Shown piece by piece: positions 57,787 to 64,000 of a stretch of DNA of 64,000 nt (positions are counted from its first letter, which is position 1; each line of letters opens with the position of its first letter). The translations under genes were made by a program, and so were the position numbers. The notes beneath the pieces were generated by a model. The model ran no database searches and was not told the origin of the DNA. It saw nothing but the letters and a program-made list of their open reading frames with translations. The stretch lies in the IMG/VR virus record IMGVR_UViG_3300013233_000093, positions 62,001 to 126,000 of that record; one strand, given 5' to 3'.

Positions 57787-59358
57787 CTACCAATCAACAC
57801 CTGATTCAGTTACAGCTTCGTCTCCAAATGCATCTCCTAGTTCTTCATCGCCTTCCGCTGTGTTACTGAGGTAATCGCTGATGTTGTATATCACACCAGG
57901 AGCAGACTTCTCTACGTCATCCACCAGACCACCTACCTTCTGTAACTCATAAGCAAAGGTACGTAACTTAATATCGGTGACGTCGCCTGTACGATGCTTG
58001 CCACGAGAGAACACCAAGAACGATCTACCGTCCCGCTTATGAATGTGCATCACCCATTCTAAATCTAACTTAGTCTGTAGAGATTTGGTGTTACGGTAAT
58101 AACCCAATTCAGCCACTTGTAACGGTAAGTTAGTCACACCCTCTCTAGCCAAGTCTTGTGCCTGTGTAGACAGTTGATGTGCAGTCGCCACAGTAATGCC
58201 GCGGGGATAGCAATGGTTACGCACCACTTCAAATGCGTTATTGATCGCTTCGTCTAACCGATCCTTAGCGCCGTTCTTAACGATCAGCTCTAGGTAATCG
58301 ATAATAAGAAGATGGATCTCGTATCCCTTAGACTCGTACTCGTTAATTATGTCCAGTAGATCGGTCACCTTAAACTGGTTGGCGTCGTAGTTAAGCATGT
58401 CGAATGTATATCCGTTCACACCCAGTCGCTTAGTGACGTACTCCGCCGCCTTCTTAGAGTCCACGGTTTTAATGTCGACTGTCTCGCCTGTCTCTTGCTC
58501 CACAAGTGCTTTGTAGATCTCAGGTAAATCTTGATCTAACTTGTTCTCAAAGCTTACGCGCAAGATCAACGGCTTCTTAGCCTTATCCCACATAAACGGT
58601 TTATTATACAAAGGTACTGTACGCGCTAAGAAGTTTAACATGCCGGTTTTGAAGTGATGCGATAACGCACCGAAGTTAATCATTTCCCCCCGACGTAACC
58701 CACCGATGCCACAGCCACGGTTCAGCCCCACACAGCCAGTGGTCAACACACCCTCAGGAGAGTTGTTCTCCCTGGCACGATCAAAGGTGATTTCCATAGA
58801 CGACAGATCGGATGTAGATAGCCTGCCTACAAACCCAGGCTTCTCGCCGTCTTCTGTCTCACCTGTATATCCGATTATGTCTTCTTGCAGATCTTGTAAT
58901 ACTTCTTTGTAATCGACAAGCTCGTCTGAATAGTTAATGGCACGATTGGCTTTAGAGATGAGCTTTCTGGCTTGGTCTTTGCGTAACTGGTAGATCAAGT
59001 TAGAGATGGTAGACTGGATGCGCTTCGCGATACGTTCATCGTCTGAGTCGGACATCAGTGCCATCTCAAGCTCTTTTACCAAAGCACCTTCGTCGGGCAT
59101 GTCTACACGCACGCGCATCATGAGATCGGCTTTATCGAACTCTAACGTACCGTGCACACGACACATCCAGTTAAGCATGCTTAGTATGTTACGTCCCGCT
59201 ATTTCCCTATTCGTTTCACCTAGCGCGTTCTCGGGTAACTTGATGTTATTCGTCACGTCGACAATCACATCCCTGGCATTGTCCCAGTTATCCTTAGACT
59301 TAGACGCTAAGTACATTACCGTGACACAGCTCATCATTGTAGCGTAAGGGTTTTCCAT
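57787..59358 (-). CDS. dnaB: Replicative DnaB-like helicase (phiKZ gp118-like)
   Basis: GGLRRGE, variant Walker A GALSHHFKT, SFEN, IDYL, TAHQLS and RGKHR motifs. Confidence 0.9.
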   Translation of the reverse strand: MENPYATMMSCVTVMYLASKSKDNWDNARDVIVDVTNNIKLPENALGETNREIAGRNILSMLNWMCRVHGTLEFDKADLMMRVRVDMPDEGALVKELEMALMSDSDDERIAKRIQSTISNLIYQLRKDQARKLISKANRAINYSDELVDYKEVLQDLQEDIIGYTGETEDGEKPGFVGRLSTSDLSSMEITFDRARENNSPEGVLTTGCVGLNRGCGIGGLRRGEMINFGALSHHFKTGMLNFLARTVPLYNKPFMWDKAKKPLILRVSFENKLDQDLPEIYKALVEQETGETVDIKTVDSKKAAEYVTKRLGVNGYTFDMLNYDANQFKVTDLLDIINEYESKGYEIHLLIIDYLELIVKNGAKDRLDEAINNAFEVVRNHCYPRGITVATAHQLSTQAQDLAREGVTNLPLQVAELGYYRNTKSLQTKLDLEWVMHIHKRDGRSFLVFSRGKHRTGDVTDIKLRTFAYELQKVGGLVDDVEKSAPGVIYNISDYLSNTAEGDEELGDAFGDEAVTESGVDW

Positions 59359-59422
59359 TCGTATCGATCTCTGGTAAGTTTAGTTATCTTCTACAATATC
59401 GGTGCTGTAGTAAACTTTTACA

Positions 59423-59537
59423 TATTTCTGTGTTCGCCGTAAATATCGGTATATATTACTTTAGTGATACTTAGGTAATAATACTTAGGTACACTGTTCT
59501 AACTTAATAGATCTCTAAGAGATCAAAGGATTTAAAG
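59423..59537 (+). repeat. Type-A cassette leader, copy 3 (TATATTAC at 59452-59459)
   Basis: Few mismatches relative to copies 1 and 2. Confidence 0.9.
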
Positions 59538-59807
59538 ATGAAATTAGTAAAAATGATCGAAGCATGTACTTCTGTCCTGCATGTAGAATTTGATACCGTG
59601 TTTGACGTGATCCGTATTGAACGGAATGGTGTTCCGTGTGGTGTCTTCGAATTGGGGTTTACCCCCAACGTTAACGGCGTCGGTAACCGGCTTAACCTCG
59701 CCGACGGGGTTAAAACACAATACATCGCCAACCCCCACGGCGATGCTTCCGTCCTTGTCATGGACACCCCAACCGGGGTATTCATCTACGAGATCCCCTG
59801 CGAATAG
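59538..59807 (+). CDS. Small early protein, MKL(I/V)K…IYE family (89 aa)
   Basis: MKLVKMIE…TGVFIYEIPCE. Confidence 0.8.
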   Translation: MKLVKMIEACTSVLHVEFDTVFDVIRIERNGVPCGVFELGFTPNVNGVGNRLNLADGVKTQYIANPHGDASVLVMDTPTGVFIYEIPCE

Positions 59808-59817
59808 GGGATCTCGG

Positions 59818-59854
59818 CCTCCCCTTATCGGGGGAGGTTTTCTTTTTTCTTTTT
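59818..59854 (+). terminator. Intrinsic terminator of cassette 3
   Basis: cctcccc-ttatcg-ggggagg followed by a T tract. Confidence 0.85.
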
Positions 59855-59887
59855 CGATGTTATGACCTACATTAAGGATAAGAGATT

Positions 59888-60334
59888 ATGAACGTCGTTT
59901 ATTTAAACAAAGACATTGTGCGACTGATGGACATCGAAGGAGTCAGTCCCGATCATCCCGGTGTATTGGATTGTATTAAGAACAGATTGGCATACAGTGA
60001 CCGATCCACCGTACTGGGTGAAACGAATGCGTTAGTCAATTCACCCGCTTGGAAGCAATCGGGATTACCACCGGCAAAAGAGTTATCCGAACTGCATAAC
60101 GAAATGTGCATCGGCGTATCGGATTTATCAATACTCCCTTCTATGCTGGAAGTACACGGCACGGCAGACCTTATTGTATTGACGGAGCCACTAAATGGTC
60201 TTACCCGGCTGCATGTACCATTTGCACTTCGCGTGTTCAAACACATGGGTAAATACCTATCAGGAAGTGAACTGTTTGACATGACTGTATTTAAAGAGTA
60301 TCTCAGTAACAAAATGGTCACCGCGGTACGGTAA
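59888..60334 (+). CDS. Conserved hypothetical protein upstream of the major capsid gene
   Basis: AAGGA SD; preceded by TATG; synteny (phiKZ gp119-like position). Confidence 0.65.
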   Translation: MNVVYLNKDIVRLMDIEGVSPDHPGVLDCIKNRLAYSDRSTVLGETNALVNSPAWKQSGLPPAKELSELHNEMCIGVSDLSILPSMLEVHGTADLIVLTEPLNGLTRLHVPFALRVFKHMGKYLSGSELFDMTVFKEYLSNKMVTAVR

Positions 60335-60499
60335 TATTATGTTACAGACATGCATTATAGTGCATGACTTACAATTTTAGCCATTCGTCCATATCCCTAT
60401 TGGCGTGTGGCACCGCATTAGGTGCGGATCGTTTCGCTAGCGCTAGCGACTTTTAGTTCGGCCACGACGATAGCCGAACGTAACTTAAAGGTAATAATA

Positions 60500-62683
60500 A
60501 TGTCAAGACTTGACTCTACAATCAGTTACGATGCAGCAGCAGACTGCATTTTAACCATCGACCAGACCCTGCGCGCCAAGGAAGATATCTATGGCGAAGA
60601 TTTGGCTGCATCCGTAGCTGGCATGCAGTCCCTGGGTAACGCTGACTTCGCTGACGTGAAAGCCACTCATGACGCCACCACCGACATTTTGAACGTCGCT
60701 GGTTTGCAACAGTTGCTTGTTGATGAGTACGGTGCTGATAATAAAGAAGCCATCCGTATCGGTATGGAAGCAGCCAGCATTCAAATGATGGTTTCTGGCG
60801 GCATGGAAATGGCCACCAACACCCCTGACGATTTGCCTAACCTTGAAAAGGGTACCGTGGTACTGGCAGCAAGCGATGTGGTTCCTGGTTTGCAAGCATT
60901 CCAAAACCAAGATCTTGGTGAATACCGCGCTACTGCCATTGTGATGGCAGGTTTGACAGCTGCTTCTGGTAAAGCCGATGAGCTGTTCTATCCAACCAAA
61001 GTTGTGGAAGCCGGTGCACAGGGACGTAGCGTTTCAGTTCGTATCCCTTACGTGTACAAACGTACCCTGAAATCCACCGACGGTTCCCCAATGGAAATCG
61101 CCATGACCCCTCTGATGGGCGCCATGGAAGATCACACCATTTTGGAAGCAGACATCCTGAAACTTCTGCCTAATGCAGACAACACCGCTAACTCAGCTTA
61201 CTTGGTTGATCCAGCAGTGGTTCCAAATGAAACCATCGTTGTAGATGGCATTGACGTCAACACACGTCCCATCGTTTTCGGTAAGAAGACCGATCTGATT
61301 TCTTTGTCTGGACACACCGGATTGCTTGGTTCTGCAGCACAGTCTGAAACCGACACCATGTCTACCTTGGTAAACTTGGGTCACGTCTGGGCTAAGATCA
61401 GTACCAGTACCACAGACGCAGCAGGCGCCACTGTGGTAAAATCCAGCATTGTTAAGTTCCGCGTAGACGGCACACCTGGCTCTACCTTTACTCGTCCTAG
61501 CGAAGGCAAAGACACCGACCTGTCCATGCTGTACACCGAATCATTGATGCTGGGTGGCGAAGTCACTGGTATCGACGGCGTTACAATTACAACTGCAGGT
61601 CTTGGTATCGACGGCTTGATCGCTGCCGGCGGCAAAGCTTGGACCATTCAGTTGCCTGTCCGTATTTCAGGTTCTTGCAACTTTGAAACCTCCAACATCA
61701 TCGTTGACGGCACCGCTATTGATCTTGGTAAAGTGTTCATCGGTGATACCGAAGTGGCACAGTCCAGTGCTGAATACACCGCACTGAAAGCAGCTATGAC
61801 TTTGGAATTGATCGGCTATCGTCCGTTGGCTACTCGTACCAACAGCACTTTGCGTCAAACCGGTACTCTGATCGACATGGGCACTGCGCGTAACTACTTC
61901 TTTGAAGTGCGTCCTGGTTCTCCTGTTGCTACCCGTAAACCTTCTGGTCCTTACGTCGGTGGTGGTGCAAACTTGGATTACATGAAGAAAGCGCTGCGTA
62001 CACGCACCTCTAACTCCACTGTGACCAACATCCTTGCACAAGAACAAGCGATCATCTACGCAGCAGCCAACAGCGCTCCTGTCGGTGGATCCACCACCAT
62101 CGGTGGAATGTATGTGCGTCCTACCTATTTGGTAGACAACATTGACGCTGCACTGAACGTCGTCTTCCAAAACTCCATCGCCATTGTCGAGAACTTGCGT
62201 TCTGTGATGTACAATGCAATGGGCGTGATGGCTGACACCATGGCCATCAGTTCTGGTTACATCACTGCACTGGGCGAGTTCCCACAGGGCGAGCAAGAGT
62301 ATGACATCATCGCCATCTGCGATCCTCGTCTGGCTCCTTTGTTCATGCGCTCCGGTGACGAACGTACTCTGGGTGCAAACAACAACTTGATCGTCGCATC
62401 GCATTTGGACAAGCGCATGCGCGGTAAAGTATTGTTTTCATTCTCACGTCGTAAACGTGCAGGCGATTCCCAGATTGATCCATTGAGCTGGGGTGCTCGT
62501 TACGTTAAGCCACCTATCGTGCATACCGCGAAAGGCATTGTGCGTAACGATGCGATCTTAGATGAGATCCATGTATTGCCACAAGAGCATCACATCAACG
62601 TGTTGCCTATCCTGGGACGTATCAACGTCACCAACTTAGAGACTGTGTACAAACACATCTCTAAAACTACTGCACCTGCTTAA
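60500..62683 (+). CDS. Major capsid protein precursor (phiKZ gp120-like)
   Basis: ~727 aa; ELFYPT…V, TRP, LIGY…TNSTLRQTG, DP…LF.R.GD.RTLG and LPILGRI motifs; propeptide with G-x-Q sites; strongly biased codon usage. Confidence 0.92.
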   Translation: MSRLDSTISYDAAADCILTIDQTLRAKEDIYGEDLAASVAGMQSLGNADFADVKATHDATTDILNVAGLQQLLVDEYGADNKEAIRIGMEAASIQMMVSGGMEMATNTPDDLPNLEKGTVVLAASDVVPGLQAFQNQDLGEYRATAIVMAGLTAASGKADELFYPTKVVEAGAQGRSVSVRIPYVYKRTLKSTDGSPMEIAMTPLMGAMEDHTILEADILKLLPNADNTANSAYLVDPAVVPNETIVVDGIDVNTRPIVFGKKTDLISLSGHTGLLGSAAQSETDTMSTLVNLGHVWAKISTSTTDAAGATVVKSSIVKFRVDGTPGSTFTRPSEGKDTDLSMLYTESLMLGGEVTGIDGVTITTAGLGIDGLIAAGGKAWTIQLPVRISGSCNFETSNIIVDGTAIDLGKVFIGDTEVAQSSAEYTALKAAMTLELIGYRPLATRTNSTLRQTGTLIDMGTARNYFFEVRPGSPVATRKPSGPYVGGGANLDYMKKALRTRTSNSTVTNILAQEQAIIYAAANSAPVGGSTTIGGMYVRPTYLVDNIDAALNVVFQNSIAIVENLRSVMYNAMGVMADTMAISSGYITALGEFPQGEQEYDIIAICDPRLAPLFMRSGDERTLGANNNLIVASHLDKRMRGKVLFSFSRRKRAGDSQIDPLSWGARYVKPPIVHTAKGIVRNDAILDEIHVLPQEHHINVLPILGRINVTNLETVYKHISKTTAPA

Positions 62684-62698
62684 GGTATATTAGTGACT

Positions 62699-62752
62699 TA
62701 CACCCACAGGCTTTACGGCCTGTGGGTGTATGCCGTCTTTTCTTTTCTTTTC
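62699..62752 (+). terminator. Terminator after the major capsid gene (hairpin, TATGCCG, T tract)
   Basis: tacacccacaggc-tttacg-gcctgtgggtgta. Confidence 0.8.
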
Positions 62753-62767
62753 CCTGTGTTGACCGTT

Positions 62768-62815
62768 TATTCAAAACTATATCACTATTATGATAGATAA
62801 CGTGTTGTTGTCTTT
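62768..62815 (+). promoter_or_regulatory. Type-B early promoter plus leader hairpin
   Basis: Exact 26-mer at 62768-62793. Confidence 0.8.
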
Positions 62816-62840
62816 ACTTTAACCAAAGAGAAATAGAATT

Positions 62841-63413
62841 ATGAGTAATTCCACCCAGTCACCTTCCGTCGGTAACCACGTAACCGATATTAAGACAATT
62901 AAGATTCGACTGTCCAACGAGGGCGTGATCGAAAACACATGGTCAGATGTGATGAACCGCAAGGTAAGTCTGCCCGAGCCGTCTGATGCACGCCCGTTCT
63001 TAGGAGATAAGCGGGTGTTCGCCCCGCCCGTGTCGTATAGCGACGAACACCGCGTTACATCACAAGCCATCGCCATCATCGATGACTCGGATCAACTGTC
63101 CACAATTTCCAGCGACCCGGTGCATAATAGTGGGACTTTGATCTACGCGCTAGTTCCGTGGTGGATGGCAGGTCATCGGATCACAGACGACCAAGGTCTT
63201 GTCACCTATACAGCAGCAGACGTAATCAATACACTCACCCTACCACGCCTTGGGGAAATTGTAAAACGTTTTGGCGTGGATGTAATTGTAGTCGGGAAGT
63301 ATACATTCCTAACGCAGTCGGACTACGTTCACGACGGCAGTACGATTTGTCGCACAATCGGTGAAGACGGTAACCCTCATGGCGTGTTCTACGTGGCAAC
63401 GCGCGACCTTTAA
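62841..63413 (+). CDS. Hypothetical early protein
   Basis: 190-aa ORF behind a type-B promoter. Confidence 0.7.
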   Translation: MSNSTQSPSVGNHVTDIKTIKIRLSNEGVIENTWSDVMNRKVSLPEPSDARPFLGDKRVFAPPVSYSDEHRVTSQAIAIIDDSDQLSTISSDPVHNSGTLIYALVPWWMAGHRITDDQGLVTYTAADVINTLTLPRLGEIVKRFGVDVIVVGKYTFLTQSDYVHDGSTICRTIGEDGNPHGVFYVATRDL

Positions 63414-63435
63414 TTAGAAGAGGCGTTTAATTAAC

Positions 63436-63478
63436 AGCCATCTCCCTCTAGAGGGAGATGGCTTACCATGTCTTTTTT
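63436..63478 (+). terminator. 28-bp palindrome followed by a T tract
   Basis: agccatctccctct|agagggagatggct. Confidence 0.7.
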
Positions 63479-63490
63479 ATTTTCACCGTT

Positions 63491-63516
63491 TATTCAAAAC
63501 TATATCACTATTATGA
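63491..63516 (+). promoter_or_regulatory. Type-B early promoter
   Basis: Exact 26-mer. Confidence 0.8.
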
Positions 63517-63542
63517 ATGATTAATCAATTGGGATTCTTTTA

Positions 63543-64000
63543 ATGATAAACAGAACTGCGAAATACACCTATGGTGAGATGGACGGTACTGACTATAAGA
63601 GAGAGTTGAGAAACACCACAGACCATGCACTGCGCGTTGTAGATGCAAGTGGGCGTACTCAGATACTATCTCCTATAGCCAGGACTCAGTTCGGTAAAAG
63701 TGACGGTTACTTTACCGTGAAGGAAAAACTGTTAGGCAGGGATGCCGGTTCTTATTTAGACATCCCTAAGTTAGACCCGCCTACTGGCGCGGAAACGTGG
63801 ATTGAGATCAAAACGGCGGTGGACGCCTGTACGGTCCTGCAGTCCACTAATGGCATGTATATCGAAGAAGTGGGTTTACATGTATCCACGGTAGACAGTC
63901 GTTCTAGAACCACACATCCGCGCTTTAGTGCGAATCCGTTTAAACAACTAAAGGACAAGCGCGGTGCAGGACTCTCGTTAGAGCTGCTGGATCCGAACTG
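63543..64000 (+). CDS. 5' part of a conserved early protein running off the window (phiKZ gp122-like position)
   Basis: Open from ATG 63543 (MINRTAKYTYG…RNTTDHALRVVDASG…HPRFS) to the window end; absent from the track because it has no stop. Confidence 0.6.
   Translation, partial: MINRTAKYTYGEMDGTDYKRELRNTTDHALRVVDASGRTQILSPIARTQFGKSDGYFTVKEKLLGRDAGSYLDIPKLDPPTGAETWIEIKTAVDACTVLQSTNGMYIEEVGLHVSTVDSRSRTTHPRFSANPFKQLKDKRGAGLSLELLDPN

Noticed and set aside
58640-58700. Non-canonical DnaB Walker A (GALSHHFKT) as a dead helicase
   Set aside because: Similar variants are typical of phiKZ-like DnaB proteins as I recall them, and the other motifs are intact.
60335-60499. tRNA gene upstream of the capsid gene
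   Set aside because: Stems are serial rather than cloverleaf; no acceptor stem or properly placed T-loop and CCA.
61667-62404. Long antisense ORFs over the capsid, chimallin and other genes (e.g. 61667-62404, 10256-10867, 5252-5821)
   Set aside because: Shadow frames produced by codon bias of highly expressed genes; no SD or motifs.

Overview
This window is the conserved core of a phiKZ-like, nucleus-forming jumbo phage (Chimalliviridae-type). It encodes chimallin (nuclear shell protein), the likely ChmC and PicA/Imp1 proteins, four of the five non-virion RNA polymerase subunits and one virion RNAP beta' subunit. It also encodes both halves of a split family-B DNA polymerase, an SbcD/Mre11-like nuclease, an SF2 helicase, a DnaB helicase, baseplate/neck proteins, several inner-head proteins and the major capsid protein. 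Homologue assignments come from motifs and recalled phiKZ gene order, not from database searches. Main observations beyond the core: (1) three dispersed cassettes share a near-identical ~120-bp early-promoter/structured leader, a hypervariable 79-89 aa MKL(I/V)K...IYE mini-protein, a stop codon buried in a sequence-variable but pairing-conserved hairpin, and a terminator; (2) an in-frame U_UUU_UUA heptamer would fuse a T4 gp26-like and a gp51-like ORF by -1 frameshifting; (3) head proteins carry G-[ML]-Q where phiKZ-type prohead-protease sites have S/A/G-x-E, suggesting a Gln-specific maturation protease; (4) three head-protein paralogues share a portable upstream element and a C-depleted, homogenised leader; (5) a tandem ClpP-like protein appears catalytically dead; (6) many gene boundaries carry CATA-stem-TATG hairpins, and the most abundant structural genes have multi-hairpin leaders. 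No tRNA, CRISPR array, intron or transposase was seen.
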